Notes: generated from the letters alone by a model not told the origin. A stretch of DNA of 64,000 bases, filler included, from Sanchytrium tribonematis (GCA_018985235.1; 7 parts of 7 records of this genome joined end to end with filler, not necessarily neighbours in it); one strand, 5' to 3'. Positions 31,901-41,971 are shown, counted from the whole stretch's first letter. Translations and numbers: made by a program.

Positions 31901-34126
31901 ACTCCATTCACAGATAACAGAAATTTACAAAATTTGTTGATTTTAACTGCCATTCAATCTGATCCACAACGAGTGAAACAGTACATTAATCAGTTGATGA
32001 ACTACGATGCCCCAGATGTTGCACAATTATGTATCGACCACAATTTGCTACACGAAGCATATTTAATTTACGATAAATACGAGCAACATCCAGATGCGCT
32101 AGAAATTTTAATCAGAATTGCGGAAGACCCACAAAATGAAGCCAACCAAGCCAACAACGGACAATCTCCAATTAACGAATCTTTTATTACCAATTACGTG
32201 AAATCACACTCAAATATCCCCCAATTGTGGTCCATTTTAGGATTGTATCAATTAAATCACATTCAAATTTCAAATGCAATTCAGTCCTTTTTAAAATCAA
32301 ATGATTTTACACACTCTAGCCAATTGATTGAATTGGCATTCACCAGTCACAAATACAATGAATTACTTCCATTTTTACAAGCTGCTAGATCTACGATTAG
32401 AGATGCAAATATGGAATCAGATTATTTGTTTTGCTTGTGTGCATTAAATCAATTGACAAAAGAGCATTTGACCAATTCTATTGCAAATGTGGAATCTGTG
32501 GGTGACAAATGTTTGAAATACGCTCAAGATGCACAAACAGATAATGATCAAACTTCAGCCAACAATTTCTACAAATCTGCTCAATTATTATTCACATCGA
32601 TTAACCAGTACAACAAATTAACCCATGTGTTGCTGCAATTAAATGATTATTCAATGGCTGTTGAATGTGCTAGAAAAGCCAATTCTATTGAAACTTGGAT
32701 GACTGTGTTCCAAATCACATTGGTCAATCATCAATTCAAATTAGCTCATTTAAGTGGATTGCAATTGGTGATTTATCCAGATGAATTAGACGGTGTGATT
32801 GAGTTATATGAAGAAGAAATCAGCAAAGAATTGATCAAGCAATCTGCTACATCTAGTGAATTTCCAGCCAGTGTCAATGAGATTATTCAATCTTTGATTT
32901 CTTTATTGGAATCCTCTTTGTCATTGGAAAGAGCACATATGTCTTTATACACTTCTACAGCACTCGTTTATTGCAAATACCACCCACAATCCTTGTTGAA
33001 TCATTTTAAATTATTCATGAACAAGTGCAATATCCCAAAATGCATTCAAATGACCCAGCAATATGCGTTGTACAGCGAATACATTTACTTGTGCATGCAC
33101 TATGATGAATATTTGAATGTGTTGGAATGCATGATTGATCACGTGGTTTCATTTGAGCATTCTACTTTTAAAGATGCGTTGCAGCAATCCATGTCAAATC
33201 ATTCTCTTTCCCAGATGATGGAAATTAGAATTGTGCAGTACTACATGGATTTCCATGCGCATTTGTTGATGGATATCATGAATATTGTGAATATGGAACA
33301 TGTCTTGGAATTGTTTATTCATAGTGATAATACGCCATTAATTATGAATGAATTATTGGAATTAACGAGCAAACAATTAAGCGCCAACAAAAGTGTTTCC
33401 AATAAGTCACTCAACACGCTATACCAATTATTGGTGGAATGTGAAGAAGTGGGTTCTTTAAAAACACTTTTAAACCAGTTAAGTTCGCAGCAATTGAATA
33501 ATTTAAATTTGCAGCCTTTACAAGACCACGAATTGCACGCAATGAAACATTTGTATATTCGATGCATGGGATTATTGCAACATTACTCAGAATGTATTGA
33601 GTATTCGATTAAATACAATTATTTATCAGAATGTATTCATTGGGGAGTTGCTTCTCACGATGCGAAATTGATGAAAAAATGTGCGCAGTCTTTTTATACT
33701 TTAAAACGAAGAGATTGTTTTATTGCTTTGTTGTATCTCGGATATGATGATTTGGAATTAAACATTGTGAATCAGATGGGATGGAGATATAAATGGATGG
33801 ATTACAGCATGCCATTTGTCGTGAAATACCAAATGGCATTAACCAGTCGAATTGGTGAATTGGAAAAACAAGTGGAATCTCTTGTGAAAGAAAAGGAAAA
33901 GGGAGAAAAGGAATATGTTGTTGGTCAACAGCCATTAATGATTGCGTACCAACAAACAGGAATGACGCAGCAAGGTGGTCAAATGGGAACTCCACAGATG
34001 GGTTCTCAAATGGGAACACCACAAATGGGATATCAACAAACTGGAATGACACAGCAACAAATGACTGGATTTACGCAACAGGGTAATTTTAGTCAACAGC
34101 CCACAGGACAGTATTACGGGTACTAA
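28916..34126 (+). CDS. CHC1: Clathrin heavy chain, intronless (alternative ATG 28847)
   Basis: GVMQLYNTE, NDFPI, LEKWLKDDKLTCTEGLGD, APQVADAILGN, KEVERICRESNYYDPE, CEKRDP, LERAHM; Q/G/T-rich tail ending QPTG. Confidence 0.97.
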   Translation: MIQLQQILNLSGLPPASIAFTTISLSNHTVCVRDQSQVHLLGLNGAKQSKSITAQSVLIHPSSLILALRSDNTCQVVDLDKKEKLASTSLDVLYWEYSDQDIACITGSSVYLWNNTLVKLFDKQPQLNNCQYISFKRNLSKKWMCIVGLNANDGNIKGVMQLYNTEKNVSQVIEGYCCTFTQLGQWDLFAFVTKIPNALKIHLIEIDHTDGPVFGKKQVDVPLSDANDFPIGCQALNGLLFVFSKMGQFYLIDIESNQLIYMNSMSGGTVFATHLLSDGVLGVNRSGQVLKLNLDPQNTISYILDKFGPDLALSIAKRFNLPGAEDLYMKKYQQLLTTNPLEAAKHAALSPQGLLRTPQTINQLKSLTSPNGNPLLTYFGTLLESPIVLNQNESMELVQRILAQNKKQLLEKWLKDDKLTCTEGLGDLVRQQDSLLALSIYLRCQAHSKAIVCFAETGQFDKIILYVKQTKIKPDYQQLLQSVVRKDAEKATLFAKQLAADPEIHMPLEPIVDIFMNANLTQQATAFLLEALKEDSPEYGHLQTKLLEMNLLQAPQVADAILGNDMFHHYDKSYIASLCEKQGLYQRALEHYEDIYDIKRTLVHTNLLNPEWVIQYFGRLSVDQSLDCLKEMLQNNPRQNLQLVVQIATKYQEQLGSTQLIKLFEDAKTFEGLYYFLSAIVNISQDQLVHFKYIQAAVKVGQVKEVERICRESNYYDPERVKNFLKEAKLTDQLPLVIVCDRFDFIHDLILYLYQNNFMKYIEIYVLKVNPTKTPVVIGALLDVDVPETQIKQLLMQSKGFPINLLVNELEKRGKLKLGLNYLENKVKEQSTDPDVHNALAKIYIDTNNQPELYLKQNQCYDPLLIGQYCEKRDPYLSFIAYSMGKCDLECIHVCISNNMFKHLSKYLISRKNMETWGLVLNQKEQTSPESAQGAKSPSSSLLSSAQLKQLVDQVKQSLSESHEPEDVSTTVKAFMNANLQHELVELLDKLLLNDTPFTDNRNLQNLLILTAIQSDPQRVKQYINQLMNYDAPDVAQLCIDHNLLHEAYLIYDKYEQHPDALEILIRIAEDPQNEANQANNGQSPINESFITNYVKSHSNIPQLWSILGLYQLNHIQISNAIQSFLKSNDFTHSSQLIELAFTSHKYNELLPFLQAARSTIRDANMESDYLFCLCALNQLTKEHLTNSIANVESVGDKCLKYAQDAQTDNDQTSANNFYKSAQLLFTSINQYNKLTHVLLQLNDYSMAVECARKANSIETWMTVFQITLVNHQFKLAHLSGLQLVIYPDELDGVIELYEEEISKELIKQSATSSEFPASVNEIIQSLISLLESSLSLERAHMSLYTSTALVYCKYHPQSLLNHFKLFMNKCNIPKCIQMTQQYALYSEYIYLCMHYDEYLNVLECMIDHVVSFEHSTFKDALQQSMSNHSLSQMMEIRIVQYYMDFHAHLLMDIMNIVNMEHVLELFIHSDNTPLIMNELLELTSKQLSANKSVSNKSLNTLYQLLVECEEVGSLKTLLNQLSSQQLNNLNLQPLQDHELHAMKHLYIRCMGLLQHYSECIEYSIKYNYLSECIHWGVASHDAKLMKKCAQSFYTLKRRDCFIALLYLGYDDLELNIVNQMGWRYKWMDYSMPFVVKYQMALTSRIGELEKQVESLVKEKEKGEKEYVVGQQPLMIAYQQTGMTQQGGQMGTPQMGSQMGTPQMGYQQTGMTQQQMTGFTQQGNFSQQPTGQYYGY

Positions 34127-34148
34127 TAAATATATGGAATTTTAAAGT

Positions 34149-35534
34149 TCATCGTCTGAGTTTATTCGCTAGAAGAGAAATAAGTTTAGACTTGGGAAAA
34201 GGTGAAACGGGTTTGCTAGCTAATTCTCGGAAACTAATCATATAAATTTCGAATAAAACATTTTCATTATACTTGGACTCTGCTTCCAGCGCGACTAAAG
34301 GACTGTTATTATCTAGCCACTTCGGTCCAATTTTAGCAAATTGAAGACGAACAAATTCTAAAATGCAAACGAATTGACAAGTGATGCCTCCGAATAAAAA
34401 ATCATCAAGATTGTCATATAAAAAATCGCTTACTCTAGTCACAAACTCTACGTTGGAGCTCTTACTGACGTAACCCATAACAAATTTGACAGATTTCGGA
34501 TGGTTTCTCAATATATCAACAAGATATTTATGATAGTTGGCTTCCTCAATGTAAGGCATTAATCTACCAATGCAAATATCCAACGCATAACCATAATCCA
34601 TGGACTTATTGTTCAATAATAAAATGTCTAAACAGCTTTCAATCGGCTCTTCAGTGATACGGAATAATAAATCATTTGTTTTGTTTTTTCTTGAAATACG
34701 TTCATGCGACCAGTCGCTTTCAAAAGATACATTTAATTCAAATTCCAAAATAACCTCAACACAAATTCTCTCTATTTTAGTGCAAATTGCTCCGCTTACA
34801 GCAATTATTTCATAGTTATCAACTGATCGAATAATTACATACTGTGATTTGTTGATGTTTAAAAGTTCGGCTCTTTCAATAATAATAGCATCTAATAATA
34901 TAAGAAACGACTCAGCCAATTCATCTATAACTTTCGACCCAATAGGGATTCCCCTGGTTTGCTTCCATTGACATAGCTCAATTGCATTGTCTAAATTATC
35001 GGCCCATTTGACATCCGCAAAGGTTTTGGAATCATATGCATTTTTACCAGCTGCCCTTGAACCTGATGCAATCCAGACAAAAGCATGGGTGTAAAATGAA
35101 TGATAAAATCGTATTATATCAAATCTTGAAATATACTCGTTTTCTCGCATTAAAGATCTACGCAAATTTTTAAGCATTTCTGAGTTCGTAGCGCAGTATA
35201 CATATTTGCATTTCCGCCATGGCTTGTCTAATACATTTGGAACATTGTCAAAAATTTTGGACTTGATAGCCTCGCAAAGAGCTAAATATGCTGTAGGATG
35301 TAAAAGTTTCATAGACAAAGAAGTCCGAAAAGATTTAAGGTGCGTCAAATTTAGATAATCGAAGAAGATTGACTCGTTTTTAACAGAATTTAAATCTCTT
35401 TCATTGAATGTGGTAAATATATCTGGCAATTGATTTGGGAAATAGTATTCACACCATCTTGATAGTATGGTATCAATATTTGTATTATTTCCATCTTCCA
35501 TTGATGAGTCATTGCGCAACTCAGTTGTGTACAT
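34149..35534 (-). CDS. Hypothetical protein, 461 aa
   Basis: Long ATG-initiated ORF; no family recognised. Confidence 0.65.
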   Translation of the reverse strand: MYTTELRNDSSMEDGNNTNIDTILSRWCEYYFPNQLPDIFTTFNERDLNSVKNESIFFDYLNLTHLKSFRTSLSMKLLHPTAYLALCEAIKSKIFDNVPNVLDKPWRKCKYVYCATNSEMLKNLRRSLMRENEYISRFDIIRFYHSFYTHAFVWIASGSRAAGKNAYDSKTFADVKWADNLDNAIELCQWKQTRGIPIGSKVIDELAESFLILLDAIIIERAELLNINKSQYVIIRSVDNYEIIAVSGAICTKIERICVEVILEFELNVSFESDWSHERISRKNKTNDLLFRITEEPIESCLDILLLNNKSMDYGYALDICIGRLMPYIEEANYHKYLVDILRNHPKSVKFVMGYVSKSSNVEFVTRVSDFLYDNLDDFLFGGITCQFVCILEFVRLQFAKIGPKWLDNNSPLVALEAESKYNENVLFEIYMISFRELASKPVSPFPKSKLISLLANKLRR

Positions 35535-35608
35535 GACGTTTCAAACAATCAGTAAAAATTCAACAAACTTATGGCAATAAAAAAAGTCAATGTAATTTAT
35601 TATCTCTT

Positions 35609-35770
35609 CATCAAGCACTTCATTATACCACTATATAGGCATTTTTTAGGATATTTTGGAGATACCATAACAGACTTACTACTATTGAAAGATATTTGTG
35701 AAAGAAAGAAATCAAATTTAAAAAGAAATAAATCAATCTCACATGTAAACATTCAATTTTTAATTGAAAG
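35609..35770 (+). repeat. Direct repeat copy 1 (about 162 bp)
   Basis: Aligns with 37363-37524; identical core AGGATATTTTGGAGATACCATAACAGACTTACT. Confidence 0.9.
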
Positions 35771-35887
35771 TTGGAGTTGATCAGTATAAAAATAAATTTG
35801 ATTTATATTCAAGATACAAGCCTTGGACTTTTGTCAATCTGTCAAAATCAAAAGAATTCGTCAATAAGATATTATATATTTATTCAA

Positions 35888-36877
35888 TTAAAATTTCTTT
35901 CCCAAAGTATGAGGTGGGATTGTCTTTTGCACAATCTGTATTTTCTTCTCTGGAATCGTTCGCTCAAATACAGGTGCATTGACAGCCATCGCTCTATCAT
36001 TTCGGATTCTTGGTTTGTAATGTACTTTTCTCTTTGGTTTCTTGACTGGTTTGGAAAACACTCGTTTAATAAATTTGCCCTCAATCGTGTCTGTGATGTA
36101 GGGATAAATGGACTCGTCTTGAAATGTCTCTACAAACCAGTGCTTGATGTCTACAACATACTCATCCCATTCACACGGTTCAATGGCATTAAATAATCGA
36201 GTTAAGCCATCTAGGTGCTCTTCATGCCAATCATAAAAGCATTCAAAATGTCCAAATACCGTGCTCTTGTTCGCATGTGGGTGCCTCGTCTTTTTGTCAG
36301 CCTTGCTCGGCTTCTTTCGATGACTGACAAGCGTCCACTCCTCATTCTTGACCGAGTGTTTCTCGCTAATATCATATTGCGATACAAGGTACATGCTATT
36401 GATGTCCTCCATCGCTTTCTCATTTAAATAGCTTGCCTTGGCAAGCAAGTGACGAATGCATGTAATAATAGCATCCTCGTGCGTTGTGCTGGCTCTTTTC
36501 TCTGTAATTTTGTTGCTCGCAGATTCTAATTTTGCTGTATCTTTATTTCCCTTGCGCTTTAAGGCTGGTAGTTTGACTGGTCTCATTTCTCTTTTGCTAT
36601 TTTCAACTAAAATGTGCTCACTTTGACTGTCATTTACCTTGTCGCTCTGTTTTTTGTTTATCCCTTGAAATTTGAGGTGTTTTGCTTTGCCTTTCTCTCC
36701 TCTTGTTGGTCGACTCTCATTGAATACTAGGGCTAAAACTGGAAGGTCTACAGTCATGTCCTGGTAAAATGCAGAAATTAGTGCAGGTGAAGTGGTAATT
36801 AACATCGGCCGCAAAAAGTGGGTAATTTTTCGACTAAATTTTTTATATAGAATTTTGGGTGGTGCGTCAAAATGCAT
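35888..36877 (-). CDS. Hypothetical Lys-rich protein (start uncertain)
   Basis: 329-codon ORF lying between the two direct repeats; no family recognised. Confidence 0.55.
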   Translation of the reverse strand: MHFDAPPKILYKKFSRKITHFLRPMLITTSPALISAFYQDMTVDLPVLALVFNESRPTRGEKGKAKHLKFQGINKKQSDKVNDSQSEHILVENSKREMRPVKLPALKRKGNKDTAKLESASNKITEKRASTTHEDAIITCIRHLLAKASYLNEKAMEDINSMYLVSQYDISEKHSVKNEEWTLVSHRKKPSKADKKTRHPHANKSTVFGHFECFYDWHEEHLDGLTRLFNAIEPCEWDEYVVDIKHWFVETFQDESIYPYITDTIEGKFIKRVFSKPVKKPKRKVHYKPRIRNDRAMAVNAPVFERTIPEKKIQIVQKTIPPHTLGKKF

Positions 36878-37038
36878 CGACTATGGCACGAATGTGAAGA
36901 GCCAGGAACGATTGATCAAATGGTAGTAGATGTTAGTGAATAGAATTCTGGGTAGAAGATAAAACAATGTAAGTGGACTGAAAATAAGGAAATTGCCAAA
37001 ATATAAGGATTACACATTCTACTCAAAAATGGACAATT

Positions 37039-37077
37039 GGACTGAATCAGTGGATTGAATCAGCGGATTGAATCAGC
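37039..37077 (+). repeat. 13-bp tandem repeat x3 (GGAYTGAATCAGY)
   Basis: ggactgaatcagt ggattgaatcagc ggattgaatcagc. Confidence 0.85.
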
Positions 37078-37362
37078 ATTGTCGTATTTGTGTTCAGTCA
37101 TGTATTGATTAAACTATTTAATATATTACGTAAACTCTTAATTTGCAATAGAATTGAATTTTTCCAAAAGTTTATATAATGTATAAAATATCGCAGACTA
37201 ATCAATTTACTAAATCCATCCTTTCGATCATTTGAAGGGATTATTATTTGAGATTTGAATATGTCAATTCTGGAAGCTCACAGTATACTTAAACATTAAT
37301 TTGATACAAAGAAAACAATTTACGATACAATAATGAGAAATTGCTCAGTCATTTCGAAATGC

Positions 37363-37524
37363 CATCAGAGCTTCCATTATACCGTAACATAGACATTTTT
37401 CAGGATATTTTGGAGATACCATAACAGACTTACTGCTATTGAAAGATATTTATGAAAGAAAGTAATTGAATTTAAAAAGAAATAAATCAATCTCACATGT
37501 AAACACACAACTTTTAAGTGAAAG
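37363..37524 (+). repeat. Direct repeat copy 2 (about 162 bp)
   Basis: Aligns with 35609-35770. Confidence 0.9.
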
Positions 37525-37556
37525 AAAAACAATAACCTAGACTGAAAAGATTATTG

Positions 37557-37656
37557 NNNNNNNNNNNNNNNNNNNNNNNNNNNNNNNNNNNNNNNNNNNN
37601 TTAATTAATTAANNNNNNNNNNNNNNNNNNNNNNNNNNNNNNNNNNNNNNNNNNNN
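37557..37656. other. Artificial contig linker
   Basis: 44 N + TTAATTAATTAA + 44 N. Confidence 0.99.
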
Positions 37657-37831
37657 TTGATAGCTTCAAAATCCTAATTTACACAAGGAAGGATAACTTA
37701 AATACATAACAACCCATATTTTGTCTCATAATTGATTAAAATCGTTTTCTATCAAGTACCTACTATTACGACAAATAAGTCACAAGTTAAGACACTCACG
37801 AAAGAGTTATTGATCAAGACATTGGAATTTA

Positions 37832-38665
37832 TTAAAATGCTTTTAATTTATGATTCTGCTCTTCTAACCAATAGCCATACCAATATTTAGCGACAAATAA
37901 AGTGCTTAAATGCCAGAGTGCATGAGCATCGAGATAACCAATATATGCGAAATCAAGCCACTCAAAAAGTCCTAAACAAAGTAAGGTGAACACCCCACTG
38001 ATGCCACATTTCAGTGCGTGTGAAGTCCTTACATAAAGGCTATTCACAAGCCAAATAAAATTGTGAATGATTCCCAAAATGGAAAATATTAGCATATGAA
38101 GCCCATAATCAAGCCCACTTCTTTCTATCTGATATTTGACGTACATGGAATAAATTATAGTAAATGGAATAATGACAAATTTGCTTAGTTTAAATAAATA
38201 AATGCAAATCAAAAATAATCCATAAACCACTACAAAACCAGCAGAGAAATAATCGAGTCTCTCAGTCAAGTCGTTGGATATAGTGTGTAGTGACATACTG
38301 GCTAACCATGTCACTATATTTAGTATAATGAGGAATTTAATATAATTTGCATATTTCCAATCTGATTTGAAGGAAGTATAGTATTTTGCACTAACAAGTA
38401 GATTCAAAAAACTAAATAACATGCTCATAGGTTCTTGAATAAACCACACCCTATAAAATGGCCATTTGCCGTAGTACTGTTCAATTTTGATGTTTTTTTG
38501 CTGATTCTGATGAACAATTTGCCACATGCAGTCGTAACTGCAAGTTTCTTCGATACTCCATAAAAATACTGTTTCTGTGACTTTTGATATACAGGTGGAT
38601 AAGCATTTCTGAAATTCGGGATCTCTGTCGCCTTTCGAAGCCAAAATCAAGGCTGCAAAAATCAT
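37832..38665 (-). CDS. PER1: Per1/PGAP3 GPI remodelling phospholipase
   Basis: ASKGDR, CSYDCM, QYYGKWPF.RV..IQEP.S..FS.LN, TERLDYFSA, DAHALWH. Confidence 0.95.
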   Translation of the reverse strand: MIFAALILASKGDRDPEFQKCLSTCISKVTETVFLWSIEETCSYDCMWQIVHQNQQKNIKIEQYYGKWPFYRVWFIQEPMSMLFSFLNLLVSAKYYTSFKSDWKYANYIKFLIILNIVTWLASMSLHTISNDLTERLDYFSAGFVVVYGLFLICIYLFKLSKFVIIPFTIIYSMYVKYQIERSGLDYGLHMLIFSILGIIHNFIWLVNSLYVRTSHALKCGISGVFTLLCLGLFEWLDFAYIGYLDAHALWHLSTLFVAKYWYGYWLEEQNHKLKAF

Positions 38666-38793
38666 TTCGCAGTTTCACCCCATTTTGATGCGTGTCTCAT
38701 TCTGACTTAATTTAACAATTAATTGCATTAAATCATTTCCTTCCAAAGTAGTATCTCCATGCTCTTATAAATGTAGAATGATAAAATTTCTCC

Positions 38794-40227
38794 ATGTGTG
38801 GCATACTATTGTGTGTCAATTGTGATATATCAGATCAAAGTCTTATAAAAAATAGAGGACCTGACAACTGGAATTGTGATATATCTGATCAAATAATAAG
38901 ATACTCATCTGTTCTAGCTTTGAGAGAATTTGTGCCTCAACCCTTTCATGAGTTACAATATAATGGCGAATTATATCACAATATTCGTTCTGATACGACT
39001 TATATTTACGATAAGTTAAAATCAGGCAGTATCCAAAACACGATTCAATTGCTTGATGATATGGATGCTGCATTCGCGATAACTTGGACTGATTCAGAAA
39101 ATATATATTTTGGGAGGGATTATTTGGGACGGCGTTCTCTTTTATACAAAACTTTTGACGGTAAACTTATAGTTTCTAGTGTCTCAGTTTCGGATAACAT
39201 GTTAGAATGTGATTGTAAATTTTGGTACAAATATAATATAAAAACACAATCATTGCTTAAAATTGAAAGAAAGTCTAAAATTCCTAAATTTAAATTGCTA
39301 TTGAAACAATCAGATGAAATCACTGATTTTGAAAACTTCAAATTAATTTACGAACACGACATACGCATATTTGAGCATCTATTTCTACAGAACTTAAGAG
39401 ACAGACTTTTAACTACTACTGATTTACATGAGCAATTTGCAGTTTTATTTTCAGGCGGACTGGACTGCTCATTGATTGTTTTGTATCTTAATCAGTGTCT
39501 CCCTTCACATTGTTCCATTGATTTGCTTAACGTTGCATTCGAACATAGAAATTCCAAAGTAAAATATGATGTACCAGATAGAAGAACGGCGATAGAAAGA
39601 AAAAAAGAATTCAATGTGCGGTTTCCGAAGAGGCAATTAAATTTGGTTACTATTGATGTAACAGAAAAAGAATATTATAAAGCTAAACCTCATGTAGTCA
39701 AGCTGATGAAACCGCACAATACTGTCATGGATCTAAGCATCTCTATGGCTTTTTGGTTTGCAGCTAAAGGTGTGGGTACAGTGAATGGTAAGCCCTTTAA
39801 ATCCACAAGTAAAATACTCTTTTCTGGCCTGGGCGCTGATGAATTATTTGGCGGCTATTCCAGACATAGAAGCAGCTTCGAGAGAGATGGATGGCAAGGT
39901 TTACACGATACATTGATCATGGATATTGAGCGTATACCTACAAGGAATCTAGGGCGAGATGACCGGGTATTGTCAGATTTAGGCAAGGAAGTAAGGTATC
40001 CATTTTTACACCCGAAACTGATTGGTCATGCATCTTCAATGCCGATAAACTTAAAATGCGATCCTAGATTGCCCATGGGGAATGGGGACAAGCGAATCCT
40101 TAGAGCTCTTGCTCATAAAAATGGTTTATTAAACTGTGCGGTGGAACCAAAGCGTGCAATTCAATTCGGAAGTAAAACTGCTAAATTAGAGTGTAGTAAA
40201 CAAAAGGGTGACGATATTTTAACCTAA
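38794..40227 (+). CDS. ASNSD1: Asparagine synthetase domain-containing protein
   Basis: MCGI N-terminal nucleophile, RGPD, FGRDYLGRRSLL, VLFSGGLDC, GADELFGGYSRH, RNLGRDDR, KRAIQFG. Confidence 0.93.
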   Translation: MCGILLCVNCDISDQSLIKNRGPDNWNCDISDQIIRYSSVLALREFVPQPFHELQYNGELYHNIRSDTTYIYDKLKSGSIQNTIQLLDDMDAAFAITWTDSENIYFGRDYLGRRSLLYKTFDGKLIVSSVSVSDNMLECDCKFWYKYNIKTQSLLKIERKSKIPKFKLLLKQSDEITDFENFKLIYEHDIRIFEHLFLQNLRDRLLTTTDLHEQFAVLFSGGLDCSLIVLYLNQCLPSHCSIDLLNVAFEHRNSKVKYDVPDRRTAIERKKEFNVRFPKRQLNLVTIDVTEKEYYKAKPHVVKLMKPHNTVMDLSISMAFWFAAKGVGTVNGKPFKSTSKILFSGLGADELFGGYSRHRSSFERDGWQGLHDTLIMDIERIPTRNLGRDDRVLSDLGKEVRYPFLHPKLIGHASSMPINLKCDPRLPMGNGDKRILRALAHKNGLLNCAVEPKRAIQFGSKTAKLECSKQKGDDILT

Positions 40228-40333
40228 CTTCACATTCTGTTTCAATTTTGTTTAGTTATAGAAAAGTAAATAAATCACGTGGGTGTTAATGCGATAAAAA
40301 ATTAAATTTCCTTAAAACCCTAAAAATTTAAAA

Positions 40334-40873
40334 ATGTCTCGGAAAGTCGATTATTCTTTCAAAAACTTGACTTTGCTTCCAAATATTGCAAGAATAGTGA
40401 CACACTTAAATATATGCAGTAATAAACTCACTCAGATTAATATAGAATTGCCAAATTTATTAGTTTTGAACACATCCTTTAACCAATTAGTTGAATGTAA
40501 ATTACTTGGTTGCAAGTCTTTACTAGATATCCATGTAGGTTTTAATCCTAAACTGATTGATTTGGAATTGCCAAAGTCTGTTCGTATCTTGAATATCTGC
40601 GGCTGCCCTTGCAAAATAGATTTTAAAGGATATAAACTGCAGTCATTACAATGCGATAACGACCCCCAAATTGAAGAAATTCCGACATTGCAGGTTCTTA
40701 ATAGAACTATTGTGAGACCATTCTTGGAAAATTTCGAATTTGATAAAATTCAAGAAGTTCAAGATGATACCAACAATTATGAGAATCTAGATGTGAAGGA
40801 ATTACTCAACCTTTATGAAAAATCTGAGATAGACTTTCCAAGAATGATTGAAATACTATCAATAAAGTTATAA
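40334..40873 (+). CDS. Small leucine-rich-repeat protein
   Basis: LNICSNKL, LNTSFNQL, LNICGCP LRR units. Confidence 0.75.
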   Translation: MSRKVDYSFKNLTLLPNIARIVTHLNICSNKLTQINIELPNLLVLNTSFNQLVECKLLGCKSLLDIHVGFNPKLIDLELPKSVRILNICGCPCKIDFKGYKLQSLQCDNDPQIEEIPTLQVLNRTIVRPFLENFEFDKIQEVQDDTNNYENLDVKELLNLYEKSEIDFPRMIEILSIKL

Positions 40874-41341
40874 TAAGATATCTGCAAAAGTCAACCTTTT
40901 CGATTTTTTGTCATATTTAAGGCTGTAGTCATTCTCAAATTTTGGTGGGACATTAACATACGCTTTTTTAATCAATTTTGATAAATAATCATCAACAGAT
41001 TTCGGTTCTTTGATCTGAATAACAATTAAATTGAAATTTTTTGGATCGAGATTACTAATTGTCTTCAGGGCTTCTGGCGAAAAGGGTCTGATACCGATAA
41101 ACAACCCATTTTTGACACTATTTGTAACCATAGCACCCACGAAGTTTCTAATGACCGGCGATCCCATGTTCAAACCTGATTTAATTTCTCCAGCCATGGA
41201 ATGCCCCAGCTTTGTGCACAAAAAGTCAACACCTCCATCATTAACAGCACTCGTCTTTGTTACAGTCATTCCGTAATGCTTACGCTTAACCAAATCACAA
41301 ATCAAGGTCTCGAAAGCTTGAGGATTAAGAATTTTTGCCAT
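40868..41341 (-). CDS. Mrr-like PD-(D/E)xK endonuclease domain protein
   Basis: FETLI..L, DGGVDF, GEIKS, IRNFVGAM, GLFI, FSPEA; first ATG at 41341. Confidence 0.8.
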   Translation of the reverse strand: MAKILNPQAFETLICDLVKRKHYGMTVTKTSAVNDGGVDFLCTKLGHSMAGEIKSGLNMGSPVIRNFVGAMVTNSVKNGLFIGIRPFSPEALKTISNLDPKNFNLIVIQIKEPKSVDDYLSKLIKKAYVNVPPKFENDYSLKYDKKSKRLTFADILL

Positions 41342-41369
41342 TTTTGAAATTCCGAACACAAGGAGTTTA

Positions 41370-41921
41370 ATGAACAAAGAAACAATGACTTATGTCGGCA
41401 ATACAATACCATATGGGCTGGCATACGCTTATTTTACTCAAAATTTGACCAGCAAAGCCAAATTTATACCACAGTTTGCGGGATTTTTTCTTTGCACAAC
41501 AACCTGGTATCTTTCACAACAATATTTAAATCCCAAAAATCCTGCACCGGTATTGCTTCATAGAGTTCCTGAATATTTAATTAATTCGCAATACTACTCT
41601 TTATTTTCTCGGATAGGTAGTGGTGTGGTAACTGGTAGTATTTATGCTTTTACTAGAAAAAATAATATGCTCTTATTCGGCACAGTCGGTGCCTTTTGCG
41701 GAATACTTAATTACTTGACTTGTGATTTGTTTATCGTAAAATTTGCCTCTATGCCGGTCAATGCACTCGTAAATCATCTGATTTGGATAAATCCTTTTGA
41801 AAAAGTTGATCACAAAGAGCTTAAAATTCAATATGAGACTGAGCTTAATTTTGTTCGATCTGAGAAGAACAAGGCTATTCAAAACATTCACGAATTGACA
41901 AAGAAAATAAACGAAAATTAA
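41370..41921 (+). CDS. Hypothetical multi-pass membrane protein with C-terminal coiled coil
   Basis: Gly-rich hydrophobic segments; alternative ATG at 41385. Confidence 0.6.
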   Translation: MNKETMTYVGNTIPYGLAYAYFTQNLTSKAKFIPQFAGFFLCTTTWYLSQQYLNPKNPAPVLLHRVPEYLINSQYYSLFSRIGSGVVTGSIYAFTRKNNMLLFGTVGAFCGILNYLTCDLFIVKFASMPVNALVNHLIWINPFEKVDHKELKIQYETELNFVRSEKNKAIQNIHELTKKINEN

Positions 41922-41971
41922 AAAGCGGCAATAATTTGCTACGCCCCATTTGTTTCAATTTAATATTCTGT

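Noticed and set aside
37039..37077. CRISPR-like array (also considered for 49533-49760)
   Set aside because: Head-to-tail repeats without unique spacers, no cas genes, eukaryotic context; the second is protein-coding
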